A stretch of DNA of 64,000 bases from assembly GCA_965203445.1 (NCBI GenBank), contig OZ241883.1, positions 480,001-544,000 on the forward strand, written 5' to 3'. Numbering within the stretch: the stretch's first letter is position 1; each line of letters starts with the position of its first letter. Source of the DNA: Candidatus Oxydemutator sp. (lineage in GTDB: Bacteria; Pseudomonadota; Gammaproteobacteria; Poriferisulfidales; Oxydemutatoraceae). Shown here in pieces: positions 1 to 10,500 of the stretch. The notes under the pieces were generated by a model. It saw nothing but the letters and a program-made list of their open reading frames with translations. It was not told the DNA's origin and searched no databases. Position numbers and translations under genes: made by a program.

Positions 1-1779
1 CCAGCCGCATTGTATGCGGAGGAGCACACGGCGCAGATCGAAAGTGACGAAGCACGCAAAAGACAGGATCGGTTCAAAGACGGAAAAACGCATTTGCTCA
101 GTTCCTCGACGACGTTCGAGGTCGGCGTCGACCTCGGTGATTTGGAGGTCGTGTTCCTGCGCAACGTCCCACCGGAACCGTTCAACTATACCCAGCGCGT
201 CGGGCGAGCCGGACGCCGCGAGACACCGGGATTGGCGGTCACCTATTGCCGCCGCAACCCGCACGACCTCTACCACTTCAAGAGTCCGGAGGAACGGGTC
301 ATAAAGGGCAAGGTGCGACCACCACGGTTGCAAATGACGAACATGAAAATCGTGATCCGACACATGGTCGCCGCAGCTTTGTCGACATTCTTTAAGGAGA
401 ATAGTACGCGCTTCGCAAAGGTAGAGGCGTTCGTTGGAAATTGGGCGACCCCCTCCGCCGTTTCCGACTTGAAACGATTCTGCAAAAACAATGCTGAATT
501 AAGGAACACGCTTCGCCAGATCGTGCCGAAGAACATGTACCAGGACACGGGGCTTGTCGGCGACGACTGGATTGACAACGTTGCGGGACCGAAGAGCCGT
601 TTCGCCGATATGGAAGAGGAAGTGTGTGCGGATTACCAAGCAATGAAGACGGCTAAGGACTCTCTTATTGAGCGGCAGCCCCGGGGGTGGACTGAAAAAG
701 TGAAACAGTTGGAAAGTCGGATGGAGACCATCGCCGGCGAACAGACGTTGCAGTTCCTTTCTCGAAAAGCGGTAATCCCAAAATATGGGTTTCCGGTTGA
801 TGTCGTCGAACTCGATACGCGTCCGCAAGATGGCAAGCCGACAGGTGTCTCGCTCCAGCGGGACCTGTCCCAGGCCATTGCCGAATACGCACCGGAAGGA
901 AAGGTCATCGCCAACAAGCTTGAATGGCAGTCCTATGGTATCAAAGCGATCCCTGAAAAAGCATGGCCCGTCCGACACTATGAATATGATGAAGCACGGA
1001 ATTTCAGACAATGGATTGAAGGCGACCCGGGGGCTTCCCCTAATAGCCGGAAATACCTTTCTCCTATATTTGGTTTCGTGACCCAGCTTTTCAAGCAGCC
1101 CAAGAAGCCCCGTGGGCGGGCGCGACGCCTGTACACAACACGACCGTTTTTCCAAGGATTCGGAGGCGATAGCCAGCCCGAAAGCAAGACCATCCTCGGC
1201 GTGCAAGTCACCAAAGCGACGCCGGGAACTCTGGTCATACTCTGCGAAGGCAGGAACAAGAAAGGTTTCTGGATATGCCGTTCTTGCGGTGCCCACATGG
1301 CGGAACCAGCAGACACGCACAATTCCCCCTCGAACTCCACCTGCCGAGGCACACTCGCACGGTTCTCGCTTGGGCACGAATTGGTGACAGATGTCGTGCG
1401 TTTGCAGTTTCCGCAACTGATTGAGGAGTGGCACGCATACTCCGTTGCATACGCCGTTCTACTCGGTGCGGCGGAAACGTTGGATGTTCCGAATACCGAT
1501 CTGAACGTGACAATCACTGGTAGCGGCAGTCGGGATGAGTCCGCGGTAGTGTTGTACGATAACGTTCCCGGTGGAGCCGGACTGGTCGCGCAATTGGAGG
1601 AAGCCAACGTTTTCGAGGAAGTCCTCGAAAACGCACGAAAGCGCGTTCAGGGAAACTGCGGTTGCGATTCCAGTTGCTACGGCTGCCTGCGCAGCTACCG
1701 CAATCAGTTTGCGCACCCGTATCTGCAAAGGCAGACAGCACTGGAATTTCTCTCAAGGCCAGGGTTACCTGGTTTGTGA
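1..1779 (+). CDS. SF2 helicase C-terminal part with DUF1998 Zn-binding domain (DruE/DrmAB/MrfA-like), 5'-truncated by window edge
   Basis: Helicase_C motifs EEHTAQ, SSTTFEVGVDLGDL and YTQRVGRAGRR. C-terminal LYDNVPGGAG and CGCDSSCYGCL are typical of DUF1998. Frame is open from position 1. Confidence 0.85.
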   Translation, partial: PAALYAEEHTAQIESDEARKRQDRFKDGKTHLLSSSTTFEVGVDLGDLEVVFLRNVPPEPFNYTQRVGRAGRRETPGLAVTYCRRNPHDLYHFKSPEERVIKGKVRPPRLQMTNMKIVIRHMVAAALSTFFKENSTRFAKVEAFVGNWATPSAVSDLKRFCKNNAELRNTLRQIVPKNMYQDTGLVGDDWIDNVAGPKSRFADMEEEVCADYQAMKTAKDSLIERQPRGWTEKVKQLESRMETIAGEQTLQFLSRKAVIPKYGFPVDVVELDTRPQDGKPTGVSLQRDLSQAIAEYAPEGKVIANKLEWQSYGIKAIPEKAWPVRHYEYDEARNFRQWIEGDPGASPNSRKYLSPIFGFVTQLFKQPKKPRGRARRLYTTRPFFQGFGGDSQPESKTILGVQVTKATPGTLVILCEGRNKKGFWICRSCGAHMAEPADTHNSPSNSTCRGTLARFSLGHELVTDVVRLQFPQLIEEWHAYSVAYAVLLGAAETLDVPNTDLNVTITGSGSRDESAVVLYDNVPGGAGLVAQLEEANVFEEVLENARKRVQGNCGCDSSCYGCLRSYRNQFAHPYLQRQTALEFLSRPGLPGL

Positions 1780-1862
1780 AGCGTCAAATTGATACAAAAC
1801 AGCACTATTCACTATTCTCCCTTGCCTCTGGGTGAGGGCCGTTTGAGGGCCGTTGCATAACC

Positions 1863-1931
1863 TTCTCACCCTCACCCGGCCTGCGGCCACCCTCTGCCGT
1901 CCCTTGCTCCCTCTCCCGGAGGGAGAGGGTT
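1863..1931. repeat. REP-like palindrome (CCCTCTCCC-gga-GGGAGAGGG) between convergent genes
   Basis: Perfect 9-bp stem at 1909-1929. The flank CCTGCGGCCACCCTCT recurs inverted at about 19304-19319. Confidence 0.7.
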
Positions 1932-4900
1932 TTATCGGGAGGTGCTCCAGTCGTCGGCGAAGAGTTCGGCTTGTTGCAGGATGTTGTCGGTCGCCGTTTC
2001 CTGCCCGTCGGGCGGGTAGCCGTATTTTTTCAACAGTCGCCGGACGATGTTTCTCAGTCTGGCGCGCACGTTTTCCTTTATCGTCCAGTCTATCGAGGCA
2101 TTCTCCCGCACCCGTTGCACCAGGATTTGTGCGAGTTCCCGCAGGGTCGCATCGCCCAACACCTCCATGGCGCTTTCGTTCATCGCCAGCGCGTCGTAAA
2201 ACGCGACCTCGTCGGGCGACAGCCCCATGCCGCCGGCTCTTTCGTCGGCAGTTTTTATCTCCTTCGCAAGTTCGATCAGTTCCTCGATGACCTGCGCCGT
2301 GGTCAGCAGGTTGTTCCGGTATTTTCTGATCGCCGCGGCCAGCATCTCGGAAAACTTTCTGCTCTGGACGAAGTTCTTTTTCGTCCGGGTTTTTATCTCG
2401 TCGCTCAGGATCTTCTTCAGCAGTTCCAACGCGAGGTTGCGGTGTTTCAGGCCCCGGATCTCGGCCAGGAAGTCGTCGGAAAGAATGGATATGTCCGGCT
2501 TTTTGATGCCGGCGGCGTCGAACACGTCCATCACGCCGTCCGCCACCAGCGCCCGGTCCACTATCTGCCGGATCGCGGTCTCGATCTCGACGCTGCCGCC
2601 GCCGCCACTCCGTGACTCGAACTTGGTCAGGCGCGCTTTTATGGCCTGGAAAAACCCGACGTCCGCCTTTATTTCGAGCGCCTTGGGATGCGGCACCGCA
2701 AGCGCGAACGCCTTGCCGAGCAGCGTCACCTCTTTGACAAACCTTTCCTTGCCGTTCTCCAGGCCGAGGATACGTTCGGCGCCCTCCAGAATCAGCCTCA
2801 TCTTCTCGCCGGTGCCGGCGGCGAAGTATCCGCGGTAGTCGAACTTGTCGAACATCGCGTCGACCACTTCGTGTTTCTCCAGCATCTGCTCGACCGCCCG
2901 TTCCTGCGCGAGCGCCGGCGTCCCGCGCACGTCGTTTCTGGTGTACTCCGCGAGCGCGTGCTTCAAGTCCGACACAATGCCGATGTAGTCCACCACCAGG
3001 CCGCCGGGCTTGTCCTTGAACACCCTGTTGACGCGGGCTATCGCCTGCATCAGGTTGTGGCCGCGCATGATCTTGTCGACGTACATCGTGCTCAGGCACG
3101 GCGCGTCGAAGCCCGTCAGCCACATGTCGCACACGATGACCATTTGCAGCGGATCATCCGGGGCTTTGAAGCGTTCGCCGAGCGCTTTTCTCTCCTGCTT
3201 TGTGGTCACGTGCCTCTGCCACTTGGCGGGGTCGCTCGAGGCAGCGGTCATGACGACCTTTATGCGGCCCTTGTCTCTGGCGTCGTCGTGCCAGCGCGGG
3301 CGCCGCGCGATGATCGCGTCGTAGAGGGCGACCGCGATGCGGCGGCTCGTGGCGACGATCATCGCCTTGCCTTCGACGGCTTCGCGCCTCGCCGCAAAGT
3401 GTTCGAGCAGGTCCTCGACGACCTTCTGTATGCGCTGCTCGTGGCCGACGATGGCCTCCTGCCGCGCCCATTTGGCCTTCGTTTGCTCGGTCGCCGTCGC
3501 CTCCTCGCTTTCGGCGACGCTCTCGATCTCGGCGTCCAGCCGCTCCCGCTCCTCGTCTTTCAAATGCACCTGCACCAGGCGCGACTCGTAGTAGATCGGC
3601 ACGGTCGCCCCGTCCTCGACCGCCTGCTCGACGTCGTACACGTCTATGTAATCGCCGAACACCTTGGGCGTCGAGGCGTCCTCCTTCTCAATCGGCGTGC
3701 CGGTGAAGCCGATGAAGGAGGCGCCGGGCAGCGCGTCTCTCAGGTATTTGGCGAAGCCGTAGTTTGTCCTCACCCCGTCCTTGACAAAGAACGTTCTGGC
3801 GCCGAACCCGTATTGGCTGCGGTGCGCCTCGTCGGCGATGACGACGATGTTTCTCCGTTCCGAGAGCAGCTCGAAAACGTCGCCGCCGTCGTCGGGCAGG
3901 AATTTCTGGATGGTCGAAAACACGACACCGCCGCCCGCGGTTTTCAACAGGCGCTTCAAGTCGGCGCGGCTTTGCGCCTGCTTCGGTTCCTGCCTGAGCA
4001 GGTTTTTGCCGGCGACGAAGGCGCCGAACAACTGGTCGTCCAGATCGTTGCGGTCGGTGATCACGACGATGGTGGGGTTTCCCATCTCGCGGCTGGCCAC
4101 GAGCAACCCGGCGTAGAACACCATGGACAACGACTTGCCGCTGCCCTGCGTGTGCCAGACCACCCCGGCTTTGCGGTCGCCCTCGGGCTGGTCGCGGACG
4201 TCCGGCAGGCCGTACGCCGCCGGCTTTTCCTTTATTTGCCCGCGCCCGCGCGCCGCCCGCAGCGTGGATCGGACGGCCTCCTTCACCGCGTGATACTGAT
4301 GATACGCGGCGATCTTCTTGACCGTCGCAATCGTCGTCTGACCGGTTTGTGCATCGGTAACTTTCTCTCTATCGAAGATCGTAAAGTGGCGGATGAGATC
4401 GAGCAGCACGTCCGGCCTGAGCATTCCCCGGACGAGAGTTTCTATCTGGGGCACGGTCGCGGCGTCTTCCATTCTTCCGTCCACCGTCTTCCACGCCATG
4501 AAACGGTTCCAGCCGGAAGTCAGCGAACCGGCCGCGGCGTTCAGACCGTCCGATGCGACCAGCACCCCGTTGTAGCAGAACAGGCCGGGGATGGTTTGCC
4601 TGTAGGTTTGCAGCTGATCAAACGCCTTGCGCACCGTCGCGTTTTCGTCCGCCGGGTTTTTCAACTCGATGACCGCCAAAGGCAGGCCGTTTATGAAGAG
4701 GACCAGATCGGGGCGCCTGGTTACGTTGTTCTCCGTCACCGTGAACTGGTCGCAGACGACGAGGTCGTTGTTCAACGGCTCCTCGAAATCAATCAAATGT
4801 ACTCTGGCGCCGGCCGTCTCGCCGTTCTTCTGATACTCCTCGGCGACGCCGTCGGTCAACATCCGGTGGAAGGCTTCGTTGCTTGCGGCCAGATTGCGTC

Positions 4901-5123
4901 CGGACAAGGCGATCACCTGGCGCACGGCCTGCTCCCCGACCGCTGCCGGAACCTTCCGATTGAGATTGACGACCGCATCCCGGAGGCGCCCGCGCAGGAC
5001 GACATCGGTGACGTGCTCCCTCTCGGCCTCCTGCCGTTGCCGGGAGAGATGCGAGTAGCCCTGCTCTGTAAGCAGCGCTATCGCGTGCCTTTCGACGTCC
5101 GACTCGTACATGGCGGCGGTCAT
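1932..5123 (-). CDS. hsdR: Type I restriction endonuclease subunit R
   Basis: PD...IELKNP nuclease motif, HTQGSGKS Walker A, DEAH box, MWLTGFDAP and QAIARVNR; 1063 aa. Confidence 0.97.
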   Translation of the reverse strand: MTAAMYESDVERHAIALLTEQGYSHLSRQRQEAEREHVTDVVLRGRLRDAVVNLNRKVPAAVGEQAVRQVIALSGRNLAASNEAFHRMLTDGVAEEYQKNGETAGARVHLIDFEEPLNNDLVVCDQFTVTENNVTRRPDLVLFINGLPLAVIELKNPADENATVRKAFDQLQTYRQTIPGLFCYNGVLVASDGLNAAAGSLTSGWNRFMAWKTVDGRMEDAATVPQIETLVRGMLRPDVLLDLIRHFTIFDREKVTDAQTGQTTIATVKKIAAYHQYHAVKEAVRSTLRAARGRGQIKEKPAAYGLPDVRDQPEGDRKAGVVWHTQGSGKSLSMVFYAGLLVASREMGNPTIVVITDRNDLDDQLFGAFVAGKNLLRQEPKQAQSRADLKRLLKTAGGGVVFSTIQKFLPDDGGDVFELLSERRNIVVIADEAHRSQYGFGARTFFVKDGVRTNYGFAKYLRDALPGASFIGFTGTPIEKEDASTPKVFGDYIDVYDVEQAVEDGATVPIYYESRLVQVHLKDEERERLDAEIESVAESEEATATEQTKAKWARQEAIVGHEQRIQKVVEDLLEHFAARREAVEGKAMIVATSRRIAVALYDAIIARRPRWHDDARDKGRIKVVMTAASSDPAKWQRHVTTKQERKALGERFKAPDDPLQMVIVCDMWLTGFDAPCLSTMYVDKIMRGHNLMQAIARVNRVFKDKPGGLVVDYIGIVSDLKHALAEYTRNDVRGTPALAQERAVEQMLEKHEVVDAMFDKFDYRGYFAAGTGEKMRLILEGAERILGLENGKERFVKEVTLLGKAFALAVPHPKALEIKADVGFFQAIKARLTKFESRSGGGGSVEIETAIRQIVDRALVADGVMDVFDAAGIKKPDISILSDDFLAEIRGLKHRNLALELLKKILSDEIKTRTKKNFVQSRKFSEMLAAAIRKYRNNLLTTAQVIEELIELAKEIKTADERAGGMGLSPDEVAFYDALAMNESAMEVLGDATLRELAQILVQRVRENASIDWTIKENVRARLRNIVRRLLKKYGYPPDGQETATDNILQQAELFADDWSTSR

Positions 5124-5528
5124 TTCATTCTATCGTTCGCACAGAAAAGCAGAACTTCGTTCATCATCCCACAGACGCGCTGGCGTTGGAGTGATAGGCG
5201 TTTTCCGGCGTTTGTGCCTCGTCAATCAAGGCCAGCAGGGATTCCTTGCCGATTTTGAGGGAGGCGTATTCCCTCAGCAAACACTGGATTCTGCCGCGAC
5301 GGGACAGAGAGGTTGGCATAGCGTAATTTTACATGTACTCACGGAGAAATATAACCATGAACAATCACACTCTATCTGGTGCGATTTGATAACGGCCAGG
5401 AAAGAAAGTACGACATTGCCCCGTTGCCGACAAAGAAAATGTTTGCCCCCTTGAAAGCCCCGCTTTGTTCCAATACATTGCAGTGGAGCAAGAGTGTTAC
5501 TATCCTTACTGTCAACCAAAGGAGCTGA

Positions 5529-5750
5529 ATGATGAAAAAGAAACAATCCGCCCAGGGACAACCTCCTCGCGGCGGGCGCGCGCAAAATTGCAGCGCCATA
5601 CTGAAAAAGGCGTTGTCCCGGCCGGGAGTGCGTGAGTTTATGGAGGTATATGGCCAGTGGCAGGAGCGGGACAAAGGGCTTGACTCGTATCGGGCGGCGA
5701 CGAAAGAATCTCGTCAGATTATTACCACGGATCACGCCAACCCCTCGTAG
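5529..5750 (+). CDS. Small hypothetical protein (73 aa)
   Basis: AAGGAG RBS upstream of the ATG; ORF lies directly upstream of the HTH-DUF4065 gene. Confidence 0.55.
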   Translation: MMKKKQSAQGQPPRGGRAQNCSAILKKALSRPGVREFMEVYGQWQERDKGLDSYRAATKESRQIITTDHANPS

Positions 5751-5770
5751 CCGCTTAAACTGTATAAACC

Positions 5771-6538
5771 ATGCTTCACCAGTTCATCCATCAACAGCGC
5801 GTAAAACGCGGGATAACCCAGGAATACCTTGCATCGGCGCTCGATGTTTCGCGCCCGACGTATATCCAGATCGAGCGCGGCAAGCGGGAGCCGACTATAT
5901 CCGAAGCCAGAAAACTCGCGGCAATTTTCGACTTGTCGTTGGAGGCTTTTCTGGCCGAGAGAGAACCGAAGCACGAGATCATCGTCGAGCAGGAGCCGGC
6001 GGGCGGTGCCGACGATCTGCAAATTCGCGTGACCAGAAAAAACCTCGACAAGTGTAAGCAGGTTTTGCTGTACGTGCTGACCAAAGTAGGCGCCAAACCG
6101 AACGTCGGCGAAACGGTGCTGCATAAACTGCTCTACTTCATTGACTTCGACTACTACGAAAAATATGAGGAAAACCTGATGGGCGCAACCTACATCAAGA
6201 ACCATCACGGCCCCACTTCGGTGGAGTTCGCAAAGGTCGTCGGCGACATGCAGAAACAAGGGGAACTGCAAGCCGTAAAAAGCAAACATTTCCAATACCG
6301 GCAGAAAAAATACCTGCCGCTGACCTCGCCCAAACTCGACCTGCTCTCGGCCCGCGAAGCCGCCCACATTGACGGCGTGCTCGCCCGCCTCTCGGACAAG
6401 AACGCCGCCGAGATAGAACATTACTCGCACGGGGACATCCCGTGGCAATCCGCACAACACGGCAAACCGCTTTCCTACGAGAGCGTCTTCTACCGCGACG
6501 AAAAATACTCCGTAAGAAGCCACGACGATGCGCTTTGA
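5771..6538 (+). CDS. XRE HTH + DUF4065 (Panacea/SocA/GepA-like) antitoxin
   Basis: N-terminal TQEYLASALDVSRPTYIQIERG HTH. LHKLLYFIDF, HGP and SHGDIPW are DUF4065 motifs. Confidence 0.85.
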   Translation: MLHQFIHQQRVKRGITQEYLASALDVSRPTYIQIERGKREPTISEARKLAAIFDLSLEAFLAEREPKHEIIVEQEPAGGADDLQIRVTRKNLDKCKQVLLYVLTKVGAKPNVGETVLHKLLYFIDFDYYEKYEENLMGATYIKNHHGPTSVEFAKVVGDMQKQGELQAVKSKHFQYRQKKYLPLTSPKLDLLSAREAAHIDGVLARLSDKNAAEIEHYSHGDIPWQSAQHGKPLSYESVFYRDEKYSVRSHDDAL

Positions 6539-6582
6539 TGGGGTGGCGGAGTTTCAGGTTTGGCTTTGTGCGGCTGGCAACC

Positions 6583-7359
6583 ATGATGACATTGATCAGG
6601 CAATTTTGGGATAGGTTCATAATTCCCCTAATTATGGGAGATAGGCCACACAGAAATAACGTTGAATCGAAGCCAAGCCGCAAACCATATGGCCCGTCAC
6701 GCTTCGCTGATTTATTGCAAGCCTATACGGGGTCTTTGGAAAAATCTGATGGTGAGCCAAAGACAGCAGGTGAGTTAATCTCGGAACTCACTGATGGAGC
6801 AAACTTAGTTGATGGAAAACATACTTGCGAATACGCCGATGACAACAAGCACGACATTGAATGCATGAAGAAGTGTTGTGATGCTGAGATAAAGACTATG
6901 GAAATAATTGGGCTGGTTGCAGCGCCATACTATTTCCATCGAGTGGCAGTGCTCTCCCGAAAAATAAAAAACTATCGCCAAGAAGTTTATTACTGTGAAA
7001 CTTACATCCGATTAGTTGAAAACTATTACGCCGAACATGGAACGAAGGGCATAGCCGATGTAAGAAAAGGCCCGCGTTTCCAAGCGATAGTTAATCGCCT
7101 TCCCAAAGCAAAAGAGCTGTTGGCCAAAAAGCGCCCGCGCCACCCGATGCCCGCCTTCGTCAGACAGGCCCTGCAAAGCCACAACCTGATGGACACTTAC
7201 AATCAGCGCCCGGCCTATCAGCGAAACGATTATCTCGGCTGGATCAACGCCGCCAAGCGCGCCAAGACGAAAGAAAAGCGGCTGCGGCAGATGTTGGACG
7301 AGCTGAGGGCAGGCGGCATCTATATGAAAATGAAACACCCGCCATCGTCGAAACGCTAA
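6583..7359 (+). CDS. Hypothetical protein with C-terminal YdeI/OmdA-like domain (start could be 6634)
   Basis: C-terminal RHPMPAFVRQAL...PAYQRNDYLGWINAAKRAKTKEKRLRQMLDEL resembles YdeI/OmdA. The N-terminal part is AT-richer and unrecognised. Confidence 0.6.
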   Translation: MMTLIRQFWDRFIIPLIMGDRPHRNNVESKPSRKPYGPSRFADLLQAYTGSLEKSDGEPKTAGELISELTDGANLVDGKHTCEYADDNKHDIECMKKCCDAEIKTMEIIGLVAAPYYFHRVAVLSRKIKNYRQEVYYCETYIRLVENYYAEHGTKGIADVRKGPRFQAIVNRLPKAKELLAKKRPRHPMPAFVRQALQSHNLMDTYNQRPAYQRNDYLGWINAAKRAKTKEKRLRQMLDELRAGGIYMKMKHPPSSKR

Positions 7360-7402
7360 CGGGAACCTCATATTACCTACCAAGATTCCTGGCGAAACAA
7401 AA

Positions 7403-7483
7403 TCAACTCAACAGACGATAGGTGCGTTTGCGGTTCACCACCAGCCCTTCGGCAACCAGCATCTCGTGCAGCATCAGATACCC
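7403..7483 (-). pseudogene. IS3-family transposase OrfB fragment
   Basis: Translates to GYLMLHEMLVAEGLVVNRKRTYRLL, matching the GYRRL...EG..VNHKRVYRL segment of IS3 OrfB. Confidence 0.6.
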
Positions 7484-7537
7484 TTAGTGTTGAAACTTGG
7501 CATTCTCTCTCTCCAATTGCCTTAGGGGATAGGTCAA

Positions 7538-10500
7538 TCAGTCATTTCGCTTGGCGACAGCGGTAGAGGCTGATGGATGGTTGACCTCCGAGCTAACAGG
7601 GGCAGGTAAGATCCCCAATCTATCAATAATTTTCTGTCGATCCCTATAGTTAATAGTATGCGTACGAGAATGTCCGACTATTTCAAAGTCTAAGATTCTC
7701 CTTGCTATTACAGAGAAGTCCTTTTTATTTCTCCTTTCAGCAATAGATTCTATTTGTAAATTTTTGCTGTACCACATCAATATTCCATGTTTTATGATAA
7801 AAGAAGCTGGAGTATTCCTCTTATCACATACTGCTTCGACAATATTTATTAACTTATCTGAACCTAAGGAATGTACTATTTTGTAGAGTACTCCATAAAT
7901 AAGAAGAAAATTTATATTCCAAAAAATAATCCTCGATACTTTTTCTAATTCTTTCCGGCTTGGTCTTTTCTTTTTGCTCTCCGCGAATATTTCTAATCTA
8001 TCGGAAATAAATTTCACCAACTCTTCTTGCTGATATTCTTCTCTTATTAATTCAAAAAATGATGATAAAAACCTCAATTGAATATCCATTGCCTTCTCAA
8101 ATGTTTCTTTAAGATATTCTTTTTCAAGCGAGCCAGCACGATTCTTTATAATCTGTCCCATAACCTCCGCCGTTTTGATGCCTTTTCTTAACTCATTTTC
8201 AAACTCATCTTCCACTTCGCCACTTTCAAAACCTTTTTCCTCCATCTCTTTCGCTTCTTCAATGACATCTTGAGACTTTAGTTGATCATGTCTGGTTCTT
8301 TCTGGCGTTTGATCCGTGGGCAGAGCGGCTGTGACTATATCATTAGCGTGTTTATCAAAAAAATTAAGTTCTTCTTTGCCTAATGATGCTGGCTTATAGT
8401 TCTTAAATATATCGTCAGCGTTAATAAAGGCTTTCTTTAAGACTTGAATATTTTTAGAGTGATGAAATACAAATACCGCAATATAAGCATTTTCATTTGT
8501 ATGAAGATTACTGATAATTCTGCTAATGCTTTTCTCACACTCATTCAAATGCTCTGCTATATATCTAGCAGCAAAAAAATAGTACAAATATAGATAACAA
8601 AAAGAGTAGTTCCCAAGGCTATCTCTACATAATATTTGTGTTCTCTGTAAATTTTTTAGTAGGGTATCTTCTTTCACGGGGAAATTATACTTCTGTAAAT
8701 AATCTCTCATAAAATTCCGATAATCATTCTGTGATACTTCTCGTTTCCTATTTTTAAAAAAATGAAAGGCAAATACAGTTAGAAAATTGATATAAGTGTC
8801 TATTTCATCGTTTCCTATTCCTTGTTTCCGCAACGCACAATATATTAGCGCTTGGTAACAATACCCTTGTGATGTGATTTCCTCGTTTAGTGGTTTAAGT
8901 GTTTCATAAGTACAAATCGCCGATAAAATAAAGAAAGGATACGCTGGCATTATTCCACTGCCTAGAATCTTGCCCAAAATGGAGTCCACTAATTCTGTTG
9001 TTTTATCAATATTCTCATAATGATCATTCATGCCACCGCTATCCTGACCTGCTAAATCTGTCCATCTGCCAATTAACTCACTCCTCAAAGATGGCTTTAA
9101 TTCCTCAATCTGAAAATGAGGGAATGACCTCGTCAGGCTTTCATCTTTCAGATTCAAGCTGAAAATATCATCAACTATGATTATTCTATTTTTGTACAAA
9201 GATAACCGATTAATATGTTTTTCTTTGTTTGTGGCCAAATGAAAATCATCAATAATAGGAACGATTCTGTTTGCGCCAATCTCATCAATTGAAGCAGCGT
9301 TGTACTGCTTCTTAAAAGCAGCGGCTATCCTGTTTTCTACTACTCCAGCAAGACGCTTATTTTCATCATGAACGTAAACAGGTACTAACCCTTTTTCTCT
9401 CAATACTGTGAATAGTTTTTTGCACAAAGTAGTTTTTCCTGATTGATTCTCTCCAGCAATCAACACGGCAGAATATTCTGTGATGTTCTTTATTAGGACC
9501 TCAGAACTAATATACTCTCTCTTATCTTTTGAACGATCATACTTTGATAATGTCGGATAAATGAAAATATCGTCCAAGCGTAGTGTTTCTTTGCCAGAGT
9601 GAGCGCGTGTCAATAGTTCCGCGCTGCCTAAAAAATCTTGGAAACTATCTTTAATTACTAGTTGTTTGCATTTGTTCTCACTCACAATAACTTTCTTCAA
9701 CTCTTCATAAACAGAATGCCATGCGGTGTCAGAAGTTTCAAAACTCGAAACAGGCTTTCCATCTTTGGGCAAGGCTAACAACTCGAAAATATCACCATCA
9801 TCTTTCCAGCCACATTCTTTTAGAATTATTGGCACGACTGAAATACCCTTTTTATTTTTGAGCTCAATGGCTCGTTTCTTCTCATTAATACACTCGTCCG
9901 AGGCAAGAAACTCTGCTGATATAAATAGACAAATAATATCTGCCTGCTCGAGATTATTATGTATATGATCTCGAAATATCGCACCGGGTAATATTTTTCT
10001 GTCGTACCAATCTTCAATTAATCCCTTTTGCTTAAGTGGATCAATATGCTTAGTAAACTTCTCAATATCAGCTTCATCCTCATGGCAATAGCTGATAAAT
10101 AGTTTTAACTTTTGAGTTTCACTCATAAAATTTCTCCTTTGTTTGTCTTTTCGTCTGACCCTAACTTTGGCGTCCATCAATTTTGGTAACAGGGTGTCTC
10201 GTAGGTTTTCAAGTGCATAAATGTGGCAGGAATTGGAGGTAATTCTTTCGTCAATAGACTTTATGTTGTCTTGAAATTTTTGAATTAAATCAGAAGGTGG
10301 CAAGACGATTTCGATATTCCCGAAATCATTTTTGCTTATGGAACCGAATACCGTTCCTTCTTGATCAAATTGTCTGATTTCACCCATCAGTGATTTTGTC
10401 TTGTAGTAGGTGTAACTATAGAAATCTTTATTCTTCTTGTATCGCAGGGAGGCTACACCTCGGCCTATGCAGCATTTTTCTTGTGCCATGTTTAATTCAC

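Noticed and set aside
2688-5258. 856-aa + strand ORF and other long antisense ORFs (e.g. 17085-19028, 28649-30799, 57915-59801)
   Set aside because: These are shadow frames of well-supported genes in high-GC DNA and show no motifs.
5124-5528. ORFs 5110-5454, 5274-5735 and 5372-5674
   Set aside because: No motifs or RBS; more likely a divergent promoter region between hsdR and the + strand insert.
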